A DNA stretch of 64,000 nucleotides from Basidiobolus meristosporus CBS 931.73 (Eukaryota; Fungi; Basidiobolomycota). Location of the stretch: assembly GCA_002104905.1 (NCBI GenBank), contig MCFE01000399.1:1-64000 (forward strand), written 5' to 3'. Numbering within the stretch: position 1 is the stretch's first letter; every line of letters begins with the position of its first letter. The notes beneath the pieces were generated by a model. The model was not told the origin of the DNA. It did no database searches and saw only the letters and a list, made by a program, of their open reading frames with translations. The translations under genes and the position numbers were made by a program. This document shows positions 1-11,225 of the stretch, in pieces.

Positions 1-253
1 GAGTGACGATTTGATAGACGACGTCGGGGCTTTCGGTAGTCGGCGTGCTTTCGCTTCTGGCGTAAGGCAGATGTCTGAAAGAATGATACGAATCGATCGT
101 TTCGGACCAGCCAAAGAGATCCTGTATGACGACGTGCAGTTGAAACAGCGAAAACGATGCAGGCACTAGGACTGTTCGAATGACACTTGATCCTCTACCT
201 TTCTCTACTAGTGCAGCTCGAATGACATAGAAAGTATTCCTCTGAGCAGCCAT
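1..253 (-). CDS. Plasmid pRiA4b ORF-3-like (MM3350-like) family protein, N-terminal part; continues beyond the window start
   Basis: Manual translation from ATG at 253 (minus) is open to base 1: MAAQRNTFYVIRAALVEKGRGSSVIRTVLVPASFSLFQLHVVIQDLFGWSETIDSYHSF. This matches the family N-terminal signature (R-x-x-x-V-P..T/S-L-x-x-L-H-x-x-I-Q-x-x-F-G-W..H-x-F). Not in the ORF track because it has no stop inside the window. Confidence 0.75.
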   Translation of the reverse strand, partial: MAAQRNTFYVIRAALVEKGRGSSVIRTVLVPASFSLFQLHVVIQDLFGWSETIDSYHSFRHLPYARSESTPTTESPDVVYQIVT

Positions 254-902
254 CAGGGAAATCGGGGCGATGGGGTTGGTGGTGGATAGGCGAGGTTGAT
301 TTCGGTAGGTGGATCGGGATGATGCTTTCCAATTGCGTTGAAAGAGGGGAATCGCAGCAGTAACAATCGATCGATAATGGTGGGGCAAAGAAAAATGAGG
401 GAACGAACAAAGTGGAGATCCGACCCACTCGACACATTTTTATAGGCCATCCGCCGCGGGCACGATACAAGAATAGTCAATTTTGGTACAGCACCCAAGC
501 ATCCACGACAACCGAAGGTTTTGGGAAACAGGGGAAATGATTGTGGAAGTGGTACGTCAACACCAAAAACGGGTGCTGTAAAGTAAGGGGCGATGGTAGA
601 TTTGTTCAGAAAGGGGAATTCATAAGGGGAGTGGTATACGGTGGGAGAAAACGAAGCAAATTCACGGGTTTACACCACATAAGGATATCCACCATACATT
701 TATGTATGATTTCATCCATCTTTCCTGCTCGGCAAATGCACAAAATAGATATATGAATATATATGGACTCGGGTTGGTCTTAGAAGGAGTTACATTTTTG
801 ACATATTATAGGTAGAAGATGGACAAATAGAGGTGGGAGAGACGGAAGAGTAACTTTCCTAAACGAACCTATAGCCGGACTGGTACAATCCACGCTAATG
901 TC

Positions 903-911
903 ATGACTCAT
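903..911. promoter_or_regulatory. Perfect Gcn4/CpcA/AP-1-type bZIP site ATGACTCAT, about 650 bp upstream of the pRiA4b-ORF3-like gene
   Basis: Exact 9-mer consensus in the sequence; function is inferred only. Confidence 0.25.
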
Positions 912-2319
912 TTCCCCGGGCTTCCTGCCAGTCTCTTCGCTCTACCGATGCTCCAAGAGGCCCCAGGGATGCGCCGTGGGCCTGGCGACCCAATGGCGAC
1001 TGCGCTGAAACTAGATTGTCCATGCAATGCTGATGATCCATGGACTTGTTTGCCTGCGAGGTAACTTGATGATCGACCAAATCTGATAGACTACCATCTC
1101 CCCTACGAAAGCATCATCGCAGAACCCACTCCAGTTGGACAATATACTGTCCAACAAGACACCATGCGTTCCACGATGCTTTCACCCAGCAGCCTCCAAC
1201 CCATTGGTTAGATGCTCCACACTTCACTGTTGTGGACTGCTAGCACGAATTTAAGAAAGGTGGATAGTGTAGTGGAAACCGGTTAGAATCACAAATGCAG
1301 GGCTAGGATTATGGTCAAGAGACGCCCAACATCAAGACACTGATAAGTTTGTGACGATTTAGGTATATATTTTGCTCAAAATGGGCCATCTTGCAGCACT
1401 TGTGAAACACACAATAAAGATGAGTGCCATTCGATACTAGTGGGGTGGAGCATGCTTGATTTATATCAATGCCTAGTCAGGAATATTGACACTGGCATTA
1501 CCTTCGTCCATTCATGGTTACACATTTCTAAATTGCATCAAGTGTTTGAAACCTTTGAAACCAGGTGTCTAATGATATCAAATCGCTTCGATATATCGGG
1601 GAGGAGGTTCAAAACAAGAAGAGCCAAGGTTGTAACACGTTCTAAAAGAGACTCCAATCTCAATTATCTCAGAATGATATAAAGAAATACTGCTTTGATA
1701 CATCCATGCTCCATGTATATAGCATGGATCCAGGTCGCACCGTCAGCGATGTCCCGCACAAAAACGAGAAGCCAGAATCACAAGCCAGCTGGACAGCAGC
1801 GCAGTGAAATACACACCAAGGCCTCCGCCATCTTCCAATGTGGCCTAAATGTGTGCAATCCTCTATGTACTCTACAACAGGTGCAGACACCCTTGTCAGT
1901 CGAGTCTTTGTACCTGCCCTGGTACCTGAGCAAGAAACGAGTAAACAAGTGGCCATGCTTGGTTGCATTCACGAGTGCTGGTGACCGGGCACTCGTTAGA
2001 ATCATTTTGGGACTCACCAAATGTAATCTGATATGCGAGTCTGATATCTGCCGAATCTCAGTGATGTTAGTTTGACCTCTCTTCACAATACAACCAACCA
2101 CCTCATTAGGGGGTGGTGACTACTGAACGTGATTGGATTTTATGATCAGCCCCAAGATTGAGGAGCTGGGGCCAATGATCCATCCTATTGCATGGAAGAC
2201 ATGTCTGCAGACGCATATCTTTTATATGGAGGTATTGATGTAGAGCACATATTTGTTGCAGGGCCCAGTAGAATATGACTGGCATGATGAATCGCCAAGG
2301 TGGGAATGACCTGAGCTGG

Positions 2320-2690
2320 GCCAAAAAAATACTCGGCGCTTTGATGAGAAGCCAACAATTCGACAATTGCTGTTTACACTGCTTGGTTTGCTCGCACACA
2401 CTGTCTTCTGCTGAGAGCCATAGAGCAACTGAGACGTAAGGTTATTATGTAATTCTTGAGAACATGTCTCGAATAGGCTACCAAAGCTGTGCTCAGAAAT
2501 ATGCAGATCCAACTTGCCCAGTGATTGCAAGGAGTGTCTCCCTGGCGCTTTGGCCATACTCTGTAGTTGACCGTGCCTACACAAACAAAAGCACATTGTA
2601 ATGACGAGCAAAGATTTAATGATGCATCGTTGAATCTACAAAAATTGGCATATTGCTTTCCGGGACAAACCCAGCATGATAAATTCGACT
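2320..2690 (+). mobile_element. Possible heavily decayed Mutator-like (MULE) transposase relic
   Basis: A stop-interrupted frame GPKKYSAL**EANNSTIAVYTAWFARTHCLLLRAIEQLRRKVIM*F resembles the MULE segment NN..E.FN.W...AR..P....IE.IR.K.M..F. About 60 codons later KHIVMTSKDLMMHR*IYKNW resembles a mutated SWIM start (H.VDL....CxCxxW). No terminal repeats were found. Confidence 0.25.
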
Positions 2691-3501
2691 CCGTGAATAT
2701 GGTATATCAACTCACCGTTTGTGATAGTCGTTGCGAGGCAATATGTGGGCGTACCAAACTGACTACTGATTAATCGACTAGTCGTCGGATTACAGAATCG
2801 GAGCAGACCCTTCTAGTATGACGGATCAAGTCGGTTCAGAACTCTTGCGACCGGGTACATCAGATCACTCGCGAGATATGGCTGATTATGAAACCTACTT
2901 GAGACATCGGATTCAAGAACACTAATGTTCGCACAGGTCACTGATATCCTAAGCTAGTTGTTTAGAACTAATATCGCTTTCTGATAGGCCGTATCGGTTA
3001 TTAGGTGTGGTTGTAGTTGTGGATCTGTTTTGGAAAACACCGAGTGTATCTTTTACTTTTGGTTTAGGCAAGAATAGAAAGTTCCCTTCATGGTCGAAGT
3101 ATATGGCTACGGTTCTCGCTCTAATCTATTTTTACGATGGAGAACCTAGAAATTTCCAGTTTGTAGACACGTAATCGGGATGACAAGAGATACAGTAGTT
3201 TAGATTACTTTTTCAAGTATTGAAACTTCGGTAGATCCCTAATTAGGTATTGTTCTCATATGATCTTGGAGAGATACACACTTATATGGAAATCCACTAA
3301 CAAAGGTATTCCTATAAAGAGAATAGTAAATTATATTTCTAACATGCACTTGATATTTACTGACAGAAATATCCCTCTTTCTCTGCAAGGACTCCAAATG
3401 TGTCGTATTGTTGTTATTGCCAAGCCAAAGGAATTCGTCCATGACCAATCGGATTGAGGCTTGGGCCACAGTACTTGATAGAAGGGCTGATTCTTCAACA
3501 A

Positions 3502-3507
3502 TATAAA
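3502..3507 (+). promoter_or_regulatory. TATA box (TATAAA) upstream of the CipC-like gene
   Basis: TATAAA lies about 55 nt before the ATG at 3563. Confidence 0.4.
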
Positions 3508-3562
3508 GCTTGGGATTTCAGTGAACATTCAGTATTCATTTACATATCCTCTATTTCTTATT

Positions 3563-3961
3563 ATGTTCGATCTCGGAAGTTTGTTTGGCTTGGGTGACAG
3601 TCAGGAGGCTCACAGACAGGTGTACAACAACGAACACCAGGGTTCCTTGACCCACGAGGTGATTGCTGGAGCTGCCGGCTTCGAAGCCATGAAGGCCTAC
3701 GAAAACCACGTCAGACGTTCTGGACAAGAACCCAGCCATTCCTTGATGAAGGAAATGTTGGCTGGTTTTGCCGCTGCCGAGGCCGACAAGCTTATCGAAA
3801 CTAAGGGACTCGACTATTTGGATGCCGAGAAGGTCAGACATCATGCCAAGGCCCAAGCCCATAGACTTGCCGAGGAGAAGTACAGAGGTGGTAACGGTTA
3901 CGAGGAGATCATCAACCAAGAAACCATCATCGAGAACAACGACTACCAAAGAGAATGGTAA
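3563..3961 (+). CDS. cipC: CipC-like antibiotic/stress response protein (DUF3759 family)
   Basis: Intronless ORF from ATG 3563: ...SLTHEVIAGAAGFEAMKAYENH...HSLMKEMLAGFAAAEADKLIETKGLDYLDAEK, the characteristic CipC motifs. Confidence 0.9.
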   Translation: MFDLGSLFGLGDSQEAHRQVYNNEHQGSLTHEVIAGAAGFEAMKAYENHVRRSGQEPSHSLMKEMLAGFAAAEADKLIETKGLDYLDAEKVRHHAKAQAHRLAEEKYRGGNGYEEIINQETIIENNDYQREW

Positions 3962-5493
3962 TCATTGGCACTGTGTGTACAAAATTCCTCATTGTAGTAG
4001 TATAGATTATTTGGAAATCGCACGGGAGCTATCCTTACGCTTTTGATTTCAATTTACCCTAGAATTGCTAATGGAAACCCATATTCAGCATAAATAAATC
4101 TTCATCAAAAGAATAGCCCTTTCACCCCCGTCGTTTTCATGCGCTGGATTCGAGAATTTCGGAGCTGGTAACTGGATTGACGCTTACGCCCTGAGTACCC
4201 AGCATATCCCTCGCAATTCCATCGAATTTGGGGAACCACGCCGTTGGGGCCAATCGTACTAGCGTCTACATCGAGATTGGATTGGGAAAAGGTAGATTTC
4301 CGTCTGATTAACCATCTTGTTGAATACTGATGGAAGGCCAGTGTTTACGTCATCTGATAGAGGCACTGGCATCAAGGGACCGACCGGCCTTTTCTCTCGG
4401 CCCAAACTGCCCACAGGGAATTTGGCAGGTGTGGTTAAGAGACTTTTACTGCTGTCAAAGAGGCGTTTGGGCGTACTCAACCATAATGCACTCCGGGAAA
4501 AAAACTGGATCCATCTCGGAGATAAGATAATCAAACCGAAAGTTCGTTTCGTCTCATGGATTCCATTTCAATGCTGGGTGCTGGTATGGAGGGCATATAG
4601 GCGTGATACCGCTTCATAGCTGAGCGATGTTTAAAGTTCTCACCTCGAATGTCACACGAGATTCTGCTACTGATGATCAGAGATAGATGGTTGGCTAGGC
4701 CAGAAATAGTCAGTGCTACCTCGTCGAAAGATTGACGGATTCCAAGATTATCCTTAGAAATCAGTGGCCAAGATCAGAGCAAGGTATTTCTTACGGAGGA
4801 ACATACGAATGGAAGTCAAAGTTGGGGGATTGGTGACTTGCGATGGTGTTACATGGGGGGGGGTGTTGTTGTTGTAAGCGTTTTACCATATGAGCAACAT
4901 CAATATTATCTTCATAGATCATCTATTGCTTCACATTATTATCTGTAGATTTGGCCAGTGAGGTGGCTGAGATATCACGACCGTGAATTTCCGACCCTAC
5001 TTCATAGGGTTGGCCCGAACTATTGCTGGGTGGCCTTGATTGTGTGGCAGCTGGTTTGTCTTTTCGTTGTGCAGTGTTGATGTCTCAAGCTGTCAACGCG
5101 CACGATTTTGGCACTAGTTTATCCGTAGGTGTCCGCTTAAACTCTGGGTCAGCACCTTTCCAAGCCACAACCATGCAGGTGTCCTGTTCTCTAGTATGGA
5201 GTACAATTATTGTTGGAGCAACCGAGCAAAAAAGGCCCATCAAAAGTATGGAGGTCGGCTCCGATTTATCAATATCCTTGGTTGAAATGATGCTATTTAC
5301 ATCTCATTGGCCTAAACATTAATGATATAGATAATTCGGCCATGTGATGTATGGTCTAGTCGTAGCACTCTTGGGATCCACCGGGCTTTCATATATAAGC
5401 AGCGGAGGCATCAGGATTATGGGCATTCGTTTTGGTGTTTCTTACTTCCTCACTTCGCGAACTCTACCAGTTTTAATTTAGAAAGAACAGAAA

Positions 5494-6559
5494 ATGAGTG
5501 CTGAACAAGTAATCCCCAGCCCTGCTTCATTAGTTGAGAAGTCTGTTGAAGTTAAAGAGGAAATCAAAACTTCCGGTGGCACTTCCGGTGTCAAATCATT
5601 CCTCTCTGGTGGTTTTGGTGGCATCTGCCTTGTGGCTGCTGGTCATCCTCTTGATCTGATTAAGGTCCGTCTTCAAACCTCCAATGCCTATACTGGCATC
5701 GTCGATTGTTTCAAGAAAACCATCGCCCGTGATGGCATCCGTGGCCTTTACCGTGGCATGTCCACTCCTCTTATCGGTGTCACTCCCATATTCGCCACCT
5801 GCTTCTGGGGCTACGACATGGGCAAGAAATTGCAAATTTGGGCACTAGGTTTGGTAAGTTGACGCCATGCCCTTGAGAGTGGTACGCTTGCTAATAATTT
5901 CTCTTTAGGATCCTAATGAAAAGCTTAGCATGGGCCAAATTCTCTTCGCTGGTGGCTTCTCCGCTATCCCTGCCACATTGTTGATGGCGCCCACTGAACG
6001 TATCAAATGTCTCCTCCAAATCCAAGGCGACGCTGGTGGTGTCCAGAAGTACAAGGGCCCCATCGATGCCGCCATCGGTATCTTCAAGGAAGGTGGAGTC
6101 CGCAGTTTGTTCAGAGGGACTGGTGCCACCTTGATCAGAGATGTACCAGGATCCGTCGCCTACTTCGGTGCCTATGAGTTTGCCAAGGCTGCCTTGTCTG
6201 ATGATGCTGGCCCTGATACTCTCAGCCCAATGGCTGTATTGGTTGCAGGTGGTCTAGCCGGTATGGCAAACTGGGCTGTTGCCATTGTAAGTGTAGTGTG
6301 TATCTCCATTATGTTGCGATGCGAGCTAACTGGTAGATTTGCATAATAGCCTCCTGATGTTTTGAAATCCCGCCTTCAAACCGCCCCTGAGGGGACCTAC
6401 AAGGGCGTTGCGGATGTATTTACCCATCTCATCCGTACTGAAGGCCCTGGCGCTCTTTTCCGTGGTCTTGGACCTGCTATGTTGCGTGCCTTCCCCGCCA
6501 ACGCTGCCTGCTTCCTTGGTGTTGAAGCATCTCTTAAATTCATGAACCAAATTTGGTAG
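5494..6559 (+). CDS. CRC1: Mitochondrial carnitine/acylcarnitine carrier (SLC25 family); exons 5494-5853, 5909-6286, 6350-6559
   Basis: Three carrier signature motifs ([30 protein letters not shown]), plus [18 protein letters not shown] and [11 protein letters not shown]. Both GT-AG introns are phase 0 and restore the frame. Confidence 0.92.
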
Positions 6560-6931
6560 AGACATACCTTGAAGATTTTCCACCATTCTATTCTGGTTTA
6601 TTCTACCGCATTCCCATTGTACCAAATAATACTTCGCATCATCACCAAATTTTGGGCTTGTCAGGACATTAAGGCATTCAAAATAAAGTAACCACAATGA
6701 ATAATAATTCCACAGTTTTCTCCTTCAGCCGCCTACAGGCTCTGTCGAATCCCGATTGGGTTTTACTACATCAATGTGACCTCATTGCCACCAAGATACC
6801 CCTGTAGGTCACGCCCATTGGGATCTCAACTCTCTTCCAGGGATGAATGTATTGAAATGGCGGATATTTATTTATTATGTGAAGCATATGATATGTATAG
6901 GGTGTCAGTTGAAAATGGTTACATTGGGAAA

Positions 6932-9196
6932 CTATTCAGCAGGCTTTGGTGACTGACTCGATGGACGTGGCTTGAAAAAGGAATCGGGAGTGATTAGGGT
7001 ACCCAGGGCTCGTCGCATATGGCTGGTCAAGTAGCTGAGACCAAGTTGATAACTGGCGTTCATCCAACCAAAGCCTTCGCGCGGTACAAATTTGAAATCT
7101 ACTCCGACATTCCCATATTCCACTTTGACTTGATGCGTCATCTCCACGATGTCAAACTTCTCCGGAACAACTCCATTAAAGTCGACGAAGGACTTGGTAA
7201 TAGTATAGAGCCAACGATATGCCAGACGTCGAGCCACATCAACGTACCCGTACTTTTCAAGGCCTACCCAGGCCAGCATCTGATGAGGAGCCCAACCGAA
7301 GGGATAATCCCACTGCCGGTTAGGGCGAGAGAGTGAGATAACACCTCTAGACTCCTCAGTACCACATACCAGTCCTCCAGTTACTTCGAATTTCTCAAGG
7401 CAAACCTGAACCAACTTCTCTGCCTGCTCTTTAGAGGCGCACCCCGCCCAAAGAGCCCAGAGGGATGTGACGGACTCGTAGGTGATTTGTTTCTCTTGGC
7501 GTGTATCGTAGTCAAAGTAAAGCCCTTTCTCTTCGTTCCATAAAAAGCGGTCGATTAAAGCCTTGCGTCTCTTGGAACGTTCAAACCAATAATCACTGGT
7601 GACGACTGAACCATCAGCCAGTGTGAGTTTGTCGTCGAAGATGTTTCGGATGGTTTCCCCGATGTCAATCTCGTACTTATACAGCAGTGCATTCAAATCG
7701 ATAGTCGCAAGATACGCACATCTCTTCTCAAAACGATAGGTTGTGTCGTGGCCAGACTCGCGCACCGCTCGATCGTTGATGAAGTAATCATCTAGCTCGG
7801 GCTCGATGACCTTTCCTTCATTATACAGCTTTTGATACGTTTCAATGTCAACCCCTAGTTTTTCGGCAAACGGGGCGATCACGTGATCAAAGTGAGTTGC
7901 CTCGGTCTCAGGGGGCATGCCAATTCCAGTTGGGTGATAACGACTAAGACCACACTTCGGATCCAAGCGGGGTTCACAGTTCCACACAGTGTGGTATTCT
8001 TTGATAGCGGCGCCCATTGCATTGGCTAACCACTTCTTGTTAGCTTCGGGATCGGCCGGAGGAAGCAAATCGTAAACCTTCAGGGCCATATCGGTCAGGA
8101 ACGGAGGCTGCGAGCGAGTAAGGTAATAACTACGGTTGGCGTTGAGAATCTTCCCGTAATGCTTGATCTCGTAGATGAAATTATCCACCATCCCCTTGGC
8201 TAATTCCAGCTTGCCGTCAATGAGTAAACCGAGGGACTCGAAATAGGAATCCCAGCCGTACATCTCGTTGAATCTACCTCCCGGAACAACAAACGGAACC
8301 CCACGTAAATTCTCGACACCATTCTCATCAAGATATTTCTCCATAGCTAGTGCCAGGATTCCAGGTTTGTTGTTTATGCTACGTACAAATTCGGGGGTGA
8401 TCATATCCGGAAGACGCTCAACCTCCAGGTTGAGATGGGGCCTGCTCTTTGAGGCGTTCACGTAGTATTCGTAAGTTTCGTCTTCGCCAGAAGGTACGTA
8501 AATCCGAGGGTTATGGTTGGCCGTTCTATTTTTCGGATCTTTACAAATGATTTCGAAACCCTCAGCATCAATACGTCTTGTGAGCCCGTCCCAAAAATGA
8601 TGCTTTATCATTCTTGACAATCTGTCGACAGGATTCTCGTTCAACCTAGCCTCGTCAATGACGATGTGTTTACGTCCATAGTCAGTGGCTAAAGCAAGCT
8701 CCTGCAACAGGTTGGAGAGCATGTATGTTCCACGGATGTCGTACTTGAGATAGCCTCCAGAATGCGCAGTACCTACCTGGAGCACCTTCGGGCCGACATC
8801 GTTGACGGTAATTTGAAAATCACCATCTGTGTCTTCCTGGGATAAAATGGTTTGCCAAGTCTCCTCTACATCGATCAGGAATTTTCTCGGCCTGGAGGAC
8901 TTCTCATCTGATAAAAGTGAGATTGGTTACTAACTGGCGATATAAGAGAAACCAATACGATGGATACCAACCATGCGAAGCTCTTCTACGTCTACGAAAT
9001 GAATCGGAGCCATCCTGCTGTGGCTTGGAGGAGTTTGACTATTCGGGACTGGGTTAGTGTGACTACAGCGCGACGGAAAGAAGTATGTGCTTACAGTGCT
9101 GAGGGTTCTGTTACGCAGTAGTTTTTTGTTGGAAGCAGACACATTGGTGTAGTATTCCGAAGCGGGAGCGAGGATATTGGCGTCAGTGTCGGTCAT
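6932..9196 (-). CDS. NTH1: Neutral (cytosolic) trehalase, GH37, with N-terminal PKA-site and Ca-binding region; 3 exons
   Basis: [41 protein letters not shown] and [11 protein letters not shown] motifs; Ca-binding [11 protein letters not shown]. 5' exons reconstructed from ATG 9196 give RNRTLS and RRRRASHDE phosphorylation motifs. Confidence 0.95.
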
Positions 9197-11225
9197 ACTG
9201 GGCAAGGTAGGGTAAAGATGAGATGATTAAAAGGGATATATCAGAAACAATGAGGGTGTATAAACAATATCGCCAAATATTAATAATTTTAGTAACGTTG
9301 GAACAGAGAACAATGTGTGGCAGTTAACACGCAAGTACTAGTAGTGTTAGTAACAACCCAAATGGAAAGACTAAAGAAGTAAAACGAGTCCAGCTGAAGG
9401 TACTTATATCAAAAATGAAACATCTAAGAAATGAATGAGATGTGTATATTGGTGTGGATGACGTATAAATCAAGAATAATCGGCATTGGTATTCATTTCG
9501 TATCTTATCATAGGGCACTGATTGGACCAGAGAGGCTGATTGAAATAAATGTCACAAAGCGAAAGTTGGATCGCACGTCACATGAAATGAGTAAAAAAAT
9601 GAAGATTTTATCCTAATTATGACGTATCACTCGATTTGAAATGGAAGTATGTATCATTATTACCTGTTCTGGGACGAATACTGATCATATATCAATATCC
9701 AGAGCACGCTGATTTATCACCACACTCCTACATTAGAGGCCTCCTAATGCAAACACCCTGATCGGTAAAATTCACAACGTCCACTAAAATCGCAATCGTC
9801 GCATCTATGGAGGCCCCACGGTATGCGACCAAACTAGCCTACTCCCAGGATGAGATCCACGTTACTGTCAAGAATTGCGGCCAACCTACCAACACAATGA
9901 TCTATGAATGCAACGAGGCAATGCTTGCGTTGTGCGTTGGCGATGATTAAACTTTGTGATTTTCCTACTGTCTTGGCTCCAATTGCAGTGTTTGATCAGG
10001 CGAGATCGTCATCATCAGATTGATATGGTAATACATTATTATTCCCCCTATAAAGAATTTAAACGTAATCATTATCGTACCAAACTAAACTTGGTCAGCT
10101 TTCCAAGCGTTGACCAGTGAATACTGTTCTATCTCAAGATCGTAGCTTGGGTCAGGATACATGGGTATCGCCGACTGCTGTCGCGGCTATTCCTGCTGAA
10201 AGGCTAAAAGAGCATGCCTTGGATGGGTTGGCTTCCATTACTGACAACCGGTTTGCGCAGCCTATACTACAAAACAAAGCCGCGTGCGTCTACCTCATTA
10301 ACTTCTTTTGGTACATCCACGTTTATCACACAGCTATGTTTGTGTCACCAATCACATCACAGCTTTCGCAGATGTCATTGAGTGAAACTTGGATGCGCAC
10401 GACAACTATGTATTCAAGCGTTTTATACATACCACTAATGTTGCTCTACTAGCATCAAAGATATAGATCTTTCAAGTGATACTTAGTTGAATCTGGTTAT
10501 ACCGCCTCATCCCAAAGCTCGAGAAATACCCAACTGCTTAGCAATCACCGTTCAAATCATATTTTGCTGTTTAGATATCCCTAGGCTCGGGAAAAGTCCG
10601 ATTAGAAAACAGAATCCGAGTGGTGGAGTGGGAGATGAAATCAACAGCAGAAAGATGGCTAGAGTAAAGCATGAATATATGGTTGCTGATTAGGATTCTG
10701 CAGAATATGTAGGGGAGGAAAGATCGAATCTCGATCATTTCTTAAACCGGAATGTACCATGTGCAGCATAAATATAGGCAAAGCCCGCTTAAATTTATGC
10801 AAAACACGAAACGAACATGTCAGTGCAAAGCAAAACACACGTATCCTGGAACTGGTTGGAAAAAAAAATGGATTCCTCCTTGAACTATTTTTTTCCATCC
10901 CCTTGTTTTTTTTTCTTTTCGAATTTTTTTTTTCTCGAAATAGCGTCAGTCACTTCGGGATACTAGATATTGATTGAATTTCAGTCAACCTACTTGACTT
11001 GTTTTTGAGCGGGTGCTGTGGAGTTTTACTTTCACATCTACACTAAAGGTCTTTGTATAGACCTCCCTTCAAACACACCACTCATAGATCTCTTAAATAA
11101 GTTAATATTGTAGCGGTCCCCTTCCTATATATATCAACATCGCGCTTGTCAAGATTTCCCTAGGAAGCGCTTGTTTTCAACTAGTATAGAACTCAGAAAC
11201 CCTTTCGTATCTGAAAACATTGGAC

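Noticed and set aside
1695-2075. 126-aa ORF with FQCGL..C that faintly resembles a SWIM finger
   Set aside because: It lacks the CxC and CxH ligands, has no splice structure, and its composition is not gene-like.
2106-2200. MDHWPQ..L on the minus strand resembling the Tc1 WP..SPDLNPIE motif
   Set aside because: Only 2-3 residues match and the rest of the DDE motif is absent.
4259-4619. Overlapping 90-100 aa ORFs on both strands between cipC and CRC1
   Set aside because: They have non-ATG starts and no recognisable motif.
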